A stretch of DNA of 64,000 nucleotides, taken from the NCBI GenBank assembly GCA_964482135.1, contig CAYZWF010000005.1:4025-68024 (forward strand). The letters run 5' to 3'. Both the position numbers and the translations under genes were made by a program. The stretch comes from an uncultured Rhodospirillaceae bacterium (lineage in GTDB: Bacteria > Pseudomonadota > Alphaproteobacteria > UBA11136). Below the pieces are notes generated by a model that saw only the letters and a list, made by a program, of their open reading frames with translations, was not told where the DNA came from and did not search any database. Below, one piece after another: positions 19,026 to 33,096 of the stretch (its first letter is position 1; the number at the start of each line of letters is the position of its first letter).

Positions 19026-20483
19026 ATGTCCGCCCATGCAGACCTGACGGGACTCGCCGTCGTCATCCTCGCCGCCGTGATCTGTGGCGTCGTCATGTCG
19101 CGCCTGCGCCAGCCCGCCATCTCCGGCTATATCCTGGCCGGAATCCTGCTCGGCCCCTCTGCCCTGGCGCTGGTGGAAAACCGCGACCAGATCATGGTTC
19201 TGGCCGATCTCGGCGTACTCATGCTGTTGTTTCTGGTGGGCATGGAGCTATCGCTCAGCGACTTCCGGCGCGTCTGGCGCGGCGCCCTTGTGGCCACACT
19301 GTTACAGATAGCATGCAGCGTCGGCGCCACCCTGGCACTGTCATTGCTGTTCGGCTGGTCGCTGGGGCTTTCCATCCTGCTCGGCTTCGTCATTGCCCTG
19401 TCCAGCACCGCCGTGGTGATCAAGATGCTGGAAGGCATGAACATACTCAACACGCCGCTGGGCAAGGTCACGGTGGGCGTGCTCATCGCCCAGGACCTGG
19501 CCTTCGTGCCCATGATGCTGATTCTCGCCAGCCTTGCCGGAGACGGTTTCGGCACTTTCGACCTGCTCCGGGTTGGCCTCTCGGTGGTGGGGCTGGTGCT
19601 GCTCATCTTCTATCTCAGCCGCCGCCAGAAGATCGCCCTGCCTTTTGCCGGCATGGTGGCCGGGCATCCCGATCTCACGCCCCTGCGCGGGCTCGCCTTT
19701 TGCTTCGGCGCCGCGGCGCTGACCGGCACCCTGGGCCTTTCCCCCGCCTATGGGGCGTTCCTGGCCGGGCTGGTGATCGGCAACAGCACCGAGCGCCGGG
19801 CCATGATGCGCGGCATCCAGCCCATTCAGAGCATCCTCATGATGGTCTTTTTCCTCTCCATCGGGCTGCTCATCGACCTCGATTTCATCCTCGTCAATAT
19901 GGGCACCGTTCTGTTGATCTTGTTCATGGTCACGGTGTTCAAGACAGGGCTTAATATCGGGGTGCTGCGGCTGGCGCGCGAACCCTGGCCCCATGCCTTC
20001 ATAGCCGGCATGCTGCTGGCCCAGATCGGGGAGTTCTCTTTTCTGTTGGGCCAGACTGGCGTCTCCACGGGCCTCATCAACCGCGAGGAAGGCGACCTCA
20101 TCATCGCCGTGACGGCGCTGTCCCTTCTCGTCACGCCTTTGTGGCTTGCCACCGCGCGGCGGCTGATGCGTATCGCCATTCTCAGCACCACCTCGGGCCG
20201 CGAGGGGGTGCGGCTTCTCTTCGGCCGTCACGCTCCCGCCGTGTTCTCCGCCTGGGACGCCATGGCCGCGAGAATCGGTGATTTTTTCAGCCGTGTTCTT
20301 TCCCGGCTGCCGGCCGGACTACCCATAAAACCGAACCCCGCCGACAAAGCGGAGCAGGAAGAGGCCAGCGACGCCCGATGGGAGGACATCCCCCCGGAAA
20401 CACCCACGGAGATAACGGAGCCACCTTCTCCCGCACCACCCAGGAAAAAGAAACGCGCCAAGGGCAGAAAAAAGGATGGCTGA
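19026..20483 (+). CDS. CPA2 family cation:proton antiporter
   Basis: Many TM segments; ALSSTAVVIK, GVLIAQDL, GAFLAGL, AQIGEFSF. Confidence 0.9.
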   Translation: MSAHADLTGLAVVILAAVICGVVMSRLRQPAISGYILAGILLGPSALALVENRDQIMVLADLGVLMLLFLVGMELSLSDFRRVWRGALVATLLQIACSVGATLALSLLFGWSLGLSILLGFVIALSSTAVVIKMLEGMNILNTPLGKVTVGVLIAQDLAFVPMMLILASLAGDGFGTFDLLRVGLSVVGLVLLIFYLSRRQKIALPFAGMVAGHPDLTPLRGLAFCFGAAALTGTLGLSPAYGAFLAGLVIGNSTERRAMMRGIQPIQSILMMVFFLSIGLLIDLDFILVNMGTVLLILFMVTVFKTGLNIGVLRLAREPWPHAFIAGMLLAQIGEFSFLLGQTGVSTGLINREEGDLIIAVTALSLLVTPLWLATARRLMRIAILSTTSGREGVRLLFGRHAPAVFSAWDAMAARIGDFFSRVLSRLPAGLPIKPNPADKAEQEEASDARWEDIPPETPTEITEPPSPAPPRKKKRAKGRKKDG

Positions 20484-21116
20484 TTCTTCTCCTTCTTCCC
20501 CGGATTTTTCACTCGAACAGGCGTCACCAGGCCCCGTTGCCGGCATCGACGAGGTGGGCCGTGGACCTTGGGCGGGGCCGGTGGTGGCCGCGGCGCTTGT
20601 CTTTCCCCAGCGCGATTCCCTTCCTGAAACGCTGCGTCACGGACTCAATGATTCAAAAACCCTCTCACCCGCGCACCGTGAGACCCTGTTCGCCGAGCTG
20701 CTGGCTCATGCAGCCATCGGCCTGGGCGCGGCAAGCGTCGCCGAGATTGACTGTTTCAACATTCTTCAGGCCACCCTGCGCGCCATGGCCCGCGCCATGG
20801 CCCAATTGGAACGACGGCTGGAGACCAGCCCCGGAATGACCTTGAGTCTGGCGCTGGTGGATGGCACCCATGCGCCACCCCTGTCCTGTCCGGTGCAAAC
20901 CGTCACCAAAGGCGACAGCAAAAGCCTCTCCATCGCCGCCGCCTCCATCGTCGCCAAAGTCACCCGCGACCGGCTGATGGTCGAGCTCGGCCGCCGCTAT
21001 CCCGGATTCGGATGGGAGCGCAATGCCGGCTACGGCACCGCCCAACACAAGGAGGGGCTGGCGCGCCTTGGAATCACGCCCCATCACCGCCGCAGCTTCA
21101 AACCCATCAAGATATT

Positions 21117-21135
<19 letters not shown>
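20476..21135 (+). CDS. rnhB: Ribonuclease HII
   Basis: GIDEVGRGPWAGPV, LNDSK, KGDSKSLSIAAASIVAKVTRD, HHRRSF. Confidence 0.96.
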
Positions 21136-24417
<3,282 letters not shown>

Positions 24418-24461
24418 CTTCCCGGCCGTCCTCGTTTTCTTAAAATGGTTTAGGGGGCGGC

Positions 24462-24836
24462 TTAGGGGGTTGCCCCGTTATCGCCGCCGCCTATTTTTCC
24501 GCGCTCGATTTTAAGGATTGTGGCGGTCCCGGCATCCACGCGCAACACCAGAAGCGCATCTTCGGGCGTAAACATCCTGATTTCGTAAACCCAGCCATGA
24601 AGCCCTTCTTCCTGATCCCTCAGTACTACCTCCAGAACCCGGCCCTCATGGCGCTTGTGGATACGGGCGAGGATATCATGCAGGGCCATGATTTCGCCCG
24701 ACTGCACGGCGGCCCGTGCACGGTCGTGGTCGACGCCGGGCTCCGCAGCCTGAACCGCGCCACCCGCAAGCACCGCCCAACCGAGCAGAAAGGCAGCCGC
24801 CAAGTGCTGAATACGCCTATTAAGGGACATTGCCAT
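24462..24836 (-). CDS. PepSY-domain periplasmic protein
   Basis: Signal peptide, DHDRARAAVQSGEIMAL..IL, GRVLEV, YEIRM, VDAGT. Confidence 0.8.
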   Translation of the reverse strand: MAMSLNRRIQHLAAAFLLGWAVLAGGAVQAAEPGVDHDRARAAVQSGEIMALHDILARIHKRHEGRVLEVVLRDQEEGLHGWVYEIRMFTPEDALLVLRVDAGTATILKIERGKIGGGDNGATP

Positions 24837-25248
24837 AGCCTAGGCCTGAATGCGTGAACGGACAATGAACGCCGCGCTCATCAGCCGTTCAGACCACACC
24901 CCTATGATGCACGGTGGAAACGTAAACACAGTTTCCTCCCCATTCGTCGCCGCGTGCCCCCGACACCTTTCTGCGGCGGCATCGAGACCCGCCCGCCACC
25001 CCGGCGGGCGGGTATTTTTTCGATCTGCCCCCCCTCTTTTCCCAAAATGAACAGCAGATGAATAGAGGTCTCATCCCCTGTTCAGGCGCCCTATGGGAGA
25101 AAGAGAGTGAGGATATTTACAGGTATTTCACCAGCGACTCTTTTCCCCCGGAAGAACGCGTGAATGCCTGCGCAGCTGCGATTGAACATATAGAAACCCG
25201 TCCGCACCTCCTCGCGGGCGGGTTTTGCTTTATCTGGCGCCGTCTCTC

Positions 25249-26340
25249 TCACCGTCCCGACTCCTCTTCGACATTTCCCCACTGCAACGCATGATCGGCG
25301 ATCTTTCGGGTCAGCACCGAAAGCGCGTAGGCGGAGAATCCCGACGGCGGCGACCAGGTGCCCGGTTGGGCATCCGCGCCATCCCCGGCGTCATCCATGA
25401 CATCATCTACGGCACCCGCAAGAACCGTCATTTCCAGCCTGAAATGGGTGAAACCGTGGCACACCCGTCCCAGCAGCGTGGTCCAATCGGCATCGAAGGG
25501 CGCGGCGGCCTTGGCCTCGTCCAGATTCCAGTCATGCTCCCGCCAGTCGGTGGAAGGAATTTCCATCATTCCGCCAAGAAGGCCCCGTGACGGACGTTTC
25601 CTCAACAGAATCCTGCCCTCGCGGTCACGTACCCAAAAGGCGACACCGCGCCGTAACGGACGCTTCCCGCGTGGCGCGCGCCGGGGCAGGCTTTCCGCCT
25701 CTCCGGCATTGGCCGCGGCGCAGTCCGGCATCCACGGACAGGCCCCGCAGGCGGGATTGCGTGGCGTGCATATGGTGGCCCCCAGATCCATCACCGCCTG
25801 GGCATAGTCCCCCGGCCGCCCTCGCGCCGACTTCGGCGTCATTTCGGCGGCCCGGGCGTACAGCTCCTTGCGCGCGCCCGGCAGAGGATCGCTGACACGG
25901 AAAAACCGGGCCATGACCCTTTCCACGTTTCCGTCCACCACCACCGCCGGACGCCGGAAGGCAATGGCGGCGATGGCGGCCGCGGTGTAGGGGCCGATTC
26001 CGGGCAGTTTCCGGAGGTCTTTCTCGTCATCGGGAAAGACCCCGCCATGATCGCGCGCCAGCACCCCGGCACAGGCATGGAGATTACGGGCGCGGCCATA
26101 ATAACCCAGCCCCTGCCAGGCATGAAGCACCTCGTCGAGGTCGGCGCCGGCAAGCGCCCCGAGATCGGGCCAGCGCTTCAGGAACGCCAGGAAATAGGGA
26201 ATCACGGTGGCCACCGTGGTCTGTTGCAGCATGATCTCGCTCAGCCACACGCGGTAGGGATCGGGCACGGCGTCGCCATGGCTGCGCCAGGGAAGATCGC
26301 GGCGGTTGTGGTCGTACCAGGCGAGAAGACGGGAAGCCAT
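25249..26340 (-). CDS. mutY: A/G-specific adenine glycosylase
   Basis: RRDLPWR, VWLSEIMLQQT, GLGYYGRARNL, LPGIGPYTA, CTPRNPACGACP Fe-S motif. Confidence 0.96.
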   Translation of the reverse strand: MASRLLAWYDHNRRDLPWRSHGDAVPDPYRVWLSEIMLQQTTVATVIPYFLAFLKRWPDLGALAGADLDEVLHAWQGLGYYGRARNLHACAGVLARDHGGVFPDDEKDLRKLPGIGPYTAAAIAAIAFRRPAVVVDGNVERVMARFFRVSDPLPGARKELYARAAEMTPKSARGRPGDYAQAVMDLGATICTPRNPACGACPWMPDCAAANAGEAESLPRRAPRGKRPLRRGVAFWVRDREGRILLRKRPSRGLLGGMMEIPSTDWREHDWNLDEAKAAAPFDADWTTLLGRVCHGFTHFRLEMTVLAGAVDDVMDDAGDGADAQPGTWSPPSGFSAYALSVLTRKIADHALQWGNVEEESGR

Positions 26341-26392
26341 CAGAATTGATTCGATTTGATCGGATAGTGCTCTAACATGGGAAACCGACTCT

Positions 26393-27055
26393 ATGACAGG
26401 AGCGGCTCCACGAACAGGGTCCAGGCACCACTACAGCATGAACAATCCATCGCCCGCCTCGTCACCAAGGCGCAAGACACTCCCGCCGCCGTCACGCGTC
26501 CAGAGGGGGCTTCTCGCCCTTGGCGCCATGGTGTCCAAGGTCACAACGCCCCTCTATCGCAAGCGCGGCTTCGCCGAAGCCCGCATTCTCAGCGACTGGC
26601 CGGTCATCGTCGGCGAGCGTTTCGCCGCCGTCACCCTTCCCGAGAAACTTACCTTTCCCCGGGGAGGTGCCGGAGGAGGAAAGCGCGACGGGCTGTTGCA
26701 GGTGCGTGTGGGCGCCCCGCTGGCCACCGAATTACAGCATTTGGAGCCCCAGATCATCGAACGCATCAACGGCTATTTCGGCTATAATGCCGTGGCCCGG
26801 CTCAAGCTGGTCCAGGGGCCGGTGACGCCGCCATCGCCGCCGCCGGTAGAACCTCCGTCCCAGGCCGATGCCGCTACCGAGCGCGCCATGAATGAAATGA
26901 CCGCCGAGGTCGCCGATACCGGCCTGCGCGAGGCGCTGACCGATCTGGGCTGCGCGGTAGCCGCCCAAGAGGAGCGCCGCCACGGCGTTGAGCCGTCGAA
27001 AAAAGGGGAAGCCAGCCCCGGAACCGTTCCTAAAAATGGTGCCGGAGAGAGCTGA
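26393..27055 (+). CDS. DUF721 / DciA family protein
   Basis: RGFAEARILSDWPVIVG, LQHLEPQIIERINGYFG. Confidence 0.85.
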   Translation: MTGAAPRTGSRHHYSMNNPSPASSPRRKTLPPPSRVQRGLLALGAMVSKVTTPLYRKRGFAEARILSDWPVIVGERFAAVTLPEKLTFPRGGAGGGKRDGLLQVRVGAPLATELQHLEPQIIERINGYFGYNAVARLKLVQGPVTPPSPPPVEPPSQADAATERAMNEMTAEVADTGLREALTDLGCAVAAQEERRHGVEPSKKGEASPGTVPKNGAGES

Positions 27056-27121
27056 ATTTTCCCGCCATATAGCCGCCATATATGGGCTCCATATATACGT
27101 CACAGACCCGTTTTCCCGCTC

Positions 27122-27943
27122 TTGCCGCCCCCCAAGGCGGCGCGTATAGTCAGTCCCACACAGTCTCCGGAGGAACTCTTGAACACATTCCCGACCCCAC
27201 AGATTTCAGTCTTTCGTCGTTCTCTTACCCTGGTGGGCCTTATCACCGGCGTGGCCGTTTTAACTGCCCTTTTGGCTCTTCCCCGCCCGGCGATGGCGGT
27301 CGTTTCAGACCCGGTGGAGGCCCTGTCGGAGAAAGTTCTCGGCGCCGAGGATGCCCCCATCACCATCATCGAATTCGCTTCGCTCACCTGCCCCCACTGC
27401 GCCTCCTTTCACGCCAACGTGCTGCCGCAGCTGAAGAGCAACTATATCGAGACCGGCAAGGCGAAGCTGATCTATCGCGACTTTCCCCTCGACCGCTATG
27501 CGCTGACGGCCTCCAAGCTGGCGCGCTGTGCCGGTAACGACCGATATTTCGCCTTTCTTAATATCCTGTTCCAGAAACAACCGCTCTGGACCTCGGGAGA
27601 CAATCCCATCCCAGCCCTGAAGCGTATTGCCAAGTTCGGCGGCATCGATGCCGCGGACTTCAAGCAATGCCTCAACAACAAGGTTCTGGAGGAAGGCATT
27701 CTCGACATGCGGTTGCAGGCGGAGAAGAACTATAATATTTCCGTCACCCCCACCATCTACATCAACGGCGAGAAATACGAAGGTAAACACTCCTTCGAAG
27801 CCCTGGACACGGCCCTGCAAGAGCTTGGACTGGATACCGAGTCCCCGGCGACCGCTCCCATGGCGGCGGCGGACGAGCCCCCTCCCGAGACCCAGCCCCA
27901 ATCCTGGTTTGACAGGATTATCAATGCCATACGCAACCTTTGA
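27122..27943 (+). CDS. DsbA family thioredoxin-fold protein; start uncertain
   Basis: LGAEDAPITIIEFASLTCPHCASF, RDFPLD, VTPTIYING. Confidence 0.9.
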   Translation: MPPPKAARIVSPTQSPEELLNTFPTPQISVFRRSLTLVGLITGVAVLTALLALPRPAMAVVSDPVEALSEKVLGAEDAPITIIEFASLTCPHCASFHANVLPQLKSNYIETGKAKLIYRDFPLDRYALTASKLARCAGNDRYFAFLNILFQKQPLWTSGDNPIPALKRIAKFGGIDAADFKQCLNNKVLEEGILDMRLQAEKNYNISVTPTIYINGEKYEGKHSFEALDTALQELGLDTESPATAPMAAADEPPPETQPQSWFDRIINAIRNL

Positions 27944-27975
27944 TGTCTTTTCTGATCGTTCGTTAGGAACCCTCT

Positions 27976-30900
27976 TTGGTCCAGTTCACAAAGCTTCGCC
28001 TGTCGGGTTTCAAATCCTTCATTGAGCCGACGGAAATTCTGATCGAGTCCGGGCTCACCGGCATCGTCGGCCCTAACGGTTGTGGTAAATCCAACATCGT
28101 TGACGCCCTGCGCTGGGTCATGGGCGAAATTTCGGCCAAGCAGATGCGCGGCGGCGCAATGAACGACGTCATCTTCAGCGGCACCGCCAACCGGCCCGCG
28201 CGCAACATCGCCGAGGTCAGTGTTTCCCTGGATAATTCGCAGCGCAAGGCTCCGGCCGCCTTCAACGACGACGAAGAGCTGGAGATCATCCGCCGCATCG
28301 AGCGCGACCAGGGCTCCGCCTACACCGTCAACGGCCAGGAGGTCCGCGCCCGCGACGTCCAGCTTCTGTTCGCCGATTCGGCCACCGGCGCCCGTTCCAC
28401 CGCCTTGGTGAGCCAGGGCCGCATCGGCGCCCTGATCGGCGCCAAGGCCACCGACCGCCGCACCGTGTTGGAAGAAGCGGCCGGCATTACCGGCCTCCAT
28501 TCACGCCGCCACGAGGCGGAACTGCGGCTACGCGGCGCCGAGACCAATCTCGAACGCCTCGATGATGTGCTGCTGACCCTGGAAGAACAGGGCCGGGGAT
28601 TGAAGCGCCAAGCCCGCCAGGCTTCGCGCTATCGCAATATCGGCGACCAGATTCGCCGCCAGGAGGCCATGCTGTTTCACCAGCGCTGGCACGCCGCTGG
28701 AGAAGACATGGCGCAGTCGCGGGAAAAAATGGCCGAGGCCGAATCGCGGGTTACGAAGCTGTCCCAGACCGTTGCCGCCGCTACCACCAAAAAAACCGAG
28801 ACTGCCGCCGATCTGCCGGATTTGCGCCGCGACGAGGCGGCGGCCGCCAGCGCCCTGCAGCGGCTGCTTCTCGCCCGCGACGGCCTTGACGCCGAAGAGC
28901 AGCGCCTGACCCAGGCGCGACAGGAGTGTGAAAACCGCCTCGCCCAGACCGCCGGCGACATCGAACGCGAAAAGACCCTCTCCCAGGATGCCGCCGCGGC
29001 GCTGGCGCGGCACGAAGAAGAACGCGCCGCCATCAACGACGCCCGGCAGGGAGAGGAAACAGCTCAGGGCGAGGCATTGGAGAAGGTGGAGGCCGTGGCA
29101 TCGGAGGTGGCGGAGCTGGAAAACCGCCTCACATCCCTCACCGAACAGGTGGCCGCTTCCGAAGGGCGGCGGGCCGGGCTGGAGCGGCAGATCACCGAGA
29201 TTGACAAGCGGCTGGCCCGCGATGCCGAACGCATGGCCGAGGTAGCCGAACAACAGGGCGCCCTTAATTCTGAATTCGGGGATTCCGATGCCGGGGAGTC
29301 CGCCCAGAGCGCCGAATTAAGCGAAACCGAGGCCGCCGTGACGGCGGGGCAGGCCGGGCTCGAAGAATTGCGGACCGCCGCCGAAAAGGCCGAGGAAACC
29401 CTCGCCGCGGCGCGCACAGCCGACGAGGAAGCCCGCGAAGCACTGGCAACCGCCGAGGCCGACGATGCCCGCCTGCGCGCCGAGGAGGAGGCGCTGACGG
29501 CTCTTCTCGCCGCCTCCGAGGCCGGTGGCGGAACGCCGCTCATGGACGAGATCACCGTGGAGTCCGGCTATGAAGCGGCGCTGGGAGCGGCGCTGGGCGA
29601 AGACCTCGACGCCCCGGCCGATGAAGACGCACCGGTGCGCTGGCGCACCCTGCCCCCCTATGAAGACGCCGCCGCCCTCCCCGGAGGAATAGAGCCCCTG
29701 TCGGCCTTCGTCACGGCCCCCGATGCCTTGTCACGCAGGCTGGCGTTGATCGGCGTGGTCGCGGACAATGACCAGGGCCGCGATCTGGCCGCCGCCTTGA
29801 AACCCGGCCAGAGACTGGTCAGCCGCGATGGCGGCCTGTGGCGCTGGGACGGCTTCACCGTGGATTCGGGAGCCGAAACCGCCGCCGCAACACGGCTCGG
29901 CCAGCGCAACCGGCTCAATGAAATCCGCGGCCAGAAGGACGCCGCCGAAAGCACGCTGGCCGGGATCAGAACCCACGCCGGGGAAACCCGAGACCAGGCG
30001 CGCGCGGCCCAGGAGGCCGAACGCCAGGCCCAGGAAACCCTGCGCCGCGCCTATGCCGATCACCATGCCGCCCGCGATGCCCATGCCGCCATCATACATA
30101 AGGCGGCGGAGGCGAAATCCCGCATTGCCGGGCTGCGTGAGGCCGATGAGCGGCTGCGCGCCGAGCGTGTGGAAGCGCAAGCCGAGCGCGAGGTAGCCGA
30201 GGAGGCGCTGGCGGCCCAGGAAGACGTGTCGGACAGCCGCAAGGAAATGGAACGGCTGCGCGAGGAGACCGGCGAGCGCCGCACCCTGTTGATCGAAACC
30301 CGCGGCACTCACGACCATTTGATGCGCGAAGCCGCCCAGCGCAGTGACCGGTTGGCCGCTATAGCCGCCGAGAGCGAAACCTGGAAAGCCCGGGCGCAAG
30401 CCGCCATGCGTCAGGTTTCCGAACTCGAGGAAAGGCAACAGGCAGCGAGCGCCGAACGCGACCAGCTCGATGCGCGCCCGGAGGAAATCGCCGTCCAGCG
30501 CGCCACCCTTCAGGACCAGATCGACGAAGCCGAAGCCACCCGCAGCCAAGCAGCCAGTGTTCTGGCCGAGGCCGAGGAACGGCTGGCCGAGGTCGAGCGC
30601 ATGCTCAAGGTGGAGGAAACCAACCTTGCCGAGGCGCGCGAGGGCCGGGTACGGGCCGAGGCCGTGGTGGAACAGGCGCAGCAGGCATTGGACAGCCTCG
30701 CCGAGCGCATCGCCGAACGGCTCGAATGCGCGCCCGACAAAACTCTGGAAACGGTGGGCATTTCGCCCGATGACGACCTGCCGGACACGCAAGCCGTGGA
30801 AAAAAAGCTCGAGCGGCTGCTTCGCGAGCGCGACACCATGGGCCCGGTCAATCTGCGCGCCGAAGAAGAAGCCCGCGACATCGAGGAACAGATCACTACC

Positions 30901-31464
30901 CTGCAATCGGAGCGCGAAGACCTGGTATCCGCCATCTCCCGCCTGCGCCAGGGCATTTCCAGCCTCAACCGCGAGGGCCGGGAACGCCTGCTGGCGGCCT
31001 TTTCCGAAGTGGACACCCATTTCCAGGAGCTTTTCGTACGCCTGTTCGGAGGCGGCCGGGCGCATATGGAACTGGTGGATTCCGACGATCCGCTGGAAGC
31101 CGGGCTGGAAATTTTCGCCAGCCCCCCGGGCAAGAAACTCCAGGTTCTTTCCCTGCTTTCGGGCGGCGAAAAGGCCTTAACCGCGCTGGCGCTGTTATTC
31201 GCCGTCTTTCTCACCAATCCGGCGCCTATCTGTGTGCTTGACGAGGTGGACGCGCCTCTCGATGACGCCAATGTGGACCGATTCTGTGACCTGATCGCGG
31301 AAATCGCCCATAAATCCGACACCCGTTTCGTCGTCGTCACCCATCACCGGCTGACCATGGCCCGGGTCGACCGGCTGTTCGGCGTCACCATGATGGAACG
31401 CGGTGTTTCGCAAATTGTCTCGGTGGACCTGCAGCGCGCCGAGCGGCTGCGCGAAGCCAGCTAG
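27976..31464 (+). CDS. smc: Chromosome segregation protein SMC
   Basis: Walker A GPNGCGKSN, long coiled coils, hinge, LSGGEKAL, LDEVDAPLDD. Confidence 0.97.
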   Translation: MVQFTKLRLSGFKSFIEPTEILIESGLTGIVGPNGCGKSNIVDALRWVMGEISAKQMRGGAMNDVIFSGTANRPARNIAEVSVSLDNSQRKAPAAFNDDEELEIIRRIERDQGSAYTVNGQEVRARDVQLLFADSATGARSTALVSQGRIGALIGAKATDRRTVLEEAAGITGLHSRRHEAELRLRGAETNLERLDDVLLTLEEQGRGLKRQARQASRYRNIGDQIRRQEAMLFHQRWHAAGEDMAQSREKMAEAESRVTKLSQTVAAATTKKTETAADLPDLRRDEAAAASALQRLLLARDGLDAEEQRLTQARQECENRLAQTAGDIEREKTLSQDAAAALARHEEERAAINDARQGEETAQGEALEKVEAVASEVAELENRLTSLTEQVAASEGRRAGLERQITEIDKRLARDAERMAEVAEQQGALNSEFGDSDAGESAQSAELSETEAAVTAGQAGLEELRTAAEKAEETLAAARTADEEAREALATAEADDARLRAEEEALTALLAASEAGGGTPLMDEITVESGYEAALGAALGEDLDAPADEDAPVRWRTLPPYEDAAALPGGIEPLSAFVTAPDALSRRLALIGVVADNDQGRDLAAALKPGQRLVSRDGGLWRWDGFTVDSGAETAAATRLGQRNRLNEIRGQKDAAESTLAGIRTHAGETRDQARAAQEAERQAQETLRRAYADHHAARDAHAAIIHKAAEAKSRIAGLREADERLRAERVEAQAEREVAEEALAAQEDVSDSRKEMERLREETGERRTLLIETRGTHDHLMREAAQRSDRLAAIAAESETWKARAQAAMRQVSELEERQQAASAERDQLDARPEEIAVQRATLQDQIDEAEATRSQAASVLAEAEERLAEVERMLKVEETNLAEAREGRVRAEAVVEQAQQALDSLAERIAERLECAPDKTLETVGISPDDDLPDTQAVEKKLERLLRERDTMGPVNLRAEEEARDIEEQITTLQSEREDLVSAISRLRQGISSLNREGRERLLAAFSEVDTHFQELFVRLFGGGRAHMELVDSDDPLEAGLEIFASPPGKKLQVLSLLSGGEKALTALALLFAVFLTNPAPICVLDEVDAPLDDANVDRFCDLIAEIAHKSDTRFVVVTHHRLTMARVDRLFGVTMMERGVSQIVSVDLQRAERLREAS

Positions 31465-31629
31465 AACGGTCCCGGGAACACCCTCCGCAAGCCCTGGTTT
31501 TTCCTGTCTTTTTTCCTTCCCACGGCGCGTCTTCCCGCACCCTTGACAGCCTTGGGGCCACCCCCTATTGTGCCCCGGCTTTGGCGCTGAATACCGCTGA
31601 AAAGCAGGGGATTTAAAGACTTCCCAACC

Positions 31630-31998
31630 ATGATGGAACGCACCCCGCCACCCTCCCTTCGCGACCTCGACGCCCGTTTGCGCGAGGCCCGGGAACGGAG
31701 AGAACAGAATACTGTTGAGGGCGACGGATCGCGGTCATCATTGAAAGGGGCTCCCCTTGCCTTTCGCATCGGCGCCGAACTGGTGGCCGCCACCGTTGTC
31801 GGCGTTGGTATCGGTCTGTTGACGGACTATTGGCTGGACACCGCCCCCTGGGGAATGATCGTCTTTTTTTTCCTGGGCGGGGCCGCCGGTGTATTGAATG
31901 TGTGGCGGGCCGTGTCGGGAATCGGTATGGCCGCCGGATACCAAGCGCCGGACGAGCACAACGAAGGCGGGCAGGACAAGGACGAAGGGCAGGAATAA
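31630..31998 (+). CDS. atpI: ATP synthase protein I (AtpZ/AtpI)
   Basis: FRIGAELVAATVVG..IG...D.WL...PWG, first gene of the F0 operon. Confidence 0.85.
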   Translation: MMERTPPPSLRDLDARLREARERREQNTVEGDGSRSSLKGAPLAFRIGAELVAATVVGVGIGLLTDYWLDTAPWGMIVFFFLGGAAGVLNVWRAVSGIGMAAGYQAPDEHNEGGQDKDEGQE

Positions 31999-31999
31999 A

Positions 32000-32722
32000 G
32001 TGGCCGATCCACTCCATCAGTTTAAAATCCATCCCGTGGTTCACATCCCCTTGGGCGAGGTGAACGCGTCCCTGACCAATTCCGGCGTCGCCATGCTGGC
32101 GGCCACGGTGGCCGTTACCCTGTTCATGACGCTCAGCATGCGCGGCCGCGCCCTGGTTCCGGGACGCTGGCAGTCATTGGCGGAATTGGCCTATGAATTC
32201 ATCGGCAACATGGTGCGCGACAATGTGGGCAAGGAGGGGCGGCCCTATTTCCCCTTCGTGCTGTCGCTTTTCATGTTTGTCCTGTTCGGCAATCTTCTGG
32301 GGCTTCTGCCTTACAGCTTTACCTTTACCAGCCATATTATCGTCACCTTCGCCATGGCGTTGGTGGTTTTTCTCGGCGTGACGGCCGTTGGCATTATCCG
32401 TCATGGCCTTCATTTCTTCAGTTTTTTCGTGCCCAAGGGCGTGCCGGCAGCAATGCTGCCGTTGATGATTCCCATCGAGGTGGTCTCCTATCTCTCACGC
32501 CCGGTAAGCCTTTCCATCCGTCTCTTCGCCAATATGATGGCGGGCCATACCATGATGAAGGTTTTCGCCGGATTCGTTTTTTCCCTGGGTGTGTTCGGTT
32601 TTGCGCCCCTGGCCGTGGATGTGGCCCTGACAGCCTTCGAGGTCATGGTGGCCTTTCTCCAGGCCTATGTGTTCACCGTTCTTACCTGTCTTTATCTCAA
32701 CGACACCATTCATCTGCATTAG
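32000..32722 (+). CDS. atpB: F0F1 ATP synthase subunit a
   Basis: GTG start VADPLHQF; GRWQS, SRPVSLSIRLFANMMAGH, FLQAYVF. Confidence 0.95.
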   Translation: MADPLHQFKIHPVVHIPLGEVNASLTNSGVAMLAATVAVTLFMTLSMRGRALVPGRWQSLAELAYEFIGNMVRDNVGKEGRPYFPFVLSLFMFVLFGNLLGLLPYSFTFTSHIIVTFAMALVVFLGVTAVGIIRHGLHFFSFFVPKGVPAAMLPLMIPIEVVSYLSRPVSLSIRLFANMMAGHTMMKVFAGFVFSLGVFGFAPLAVDVALTAFEVMVAFLQAYVFTVLTCLYLNDTIHLH

Positions 32723-32804
32723 GACCATCACCATGCGGAAGGAAAAATTCCGCATAACCCGAAACGTTGATTCGTTACCTGCATAAACAAAGGATTTCAG
32801 AACC

Positions 32805-33029
32805 ATGGATATTGAAGCTGCAAAAATGATTGGCGCCGGCCTTGCCGTTATCGGCCTTGGCGGCGTGGGCGTCGGTATCGGCAATATCTTTTCTTCACTG
32901 ATCAGCTCCATCTCCCGCAATCCGGCATCCCGCCCGGAAGTGTTCCCCATGAGCATGCTGGGCTTTGCCCTGGTGGAAGCGGTGGCGCTGTATGCCTTGC
33001 TGATCTCGTTCCTGATCCTGTTCCTATAG
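32805..33029 (+). CDS. atpE: F0F1 ATP synthase subunit c
   Basis: GAGLAVIG, RNP, GFALVEA. Confidence 0.95.
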   Translation: MDIEAAKMIGAGLAVIGLGGVGVGIGNIFSSLISSISRNPASRPEVFPMSMLGFALVEAVALYALLISFLILFL

Positions 33030-33096
33030 GACGAGAAGAAGGAGTTTCCCGGGGGCGTTCCGCATTCCGCGGCGCCCCGGGGCTCAAGGAAGCGCC

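Noticed and set aside
24850-25294. Small ORFs in the PepSY-mutY gap
   Set aside because: No RBS or recognisable motif, overlapping and mutually conflicting frames
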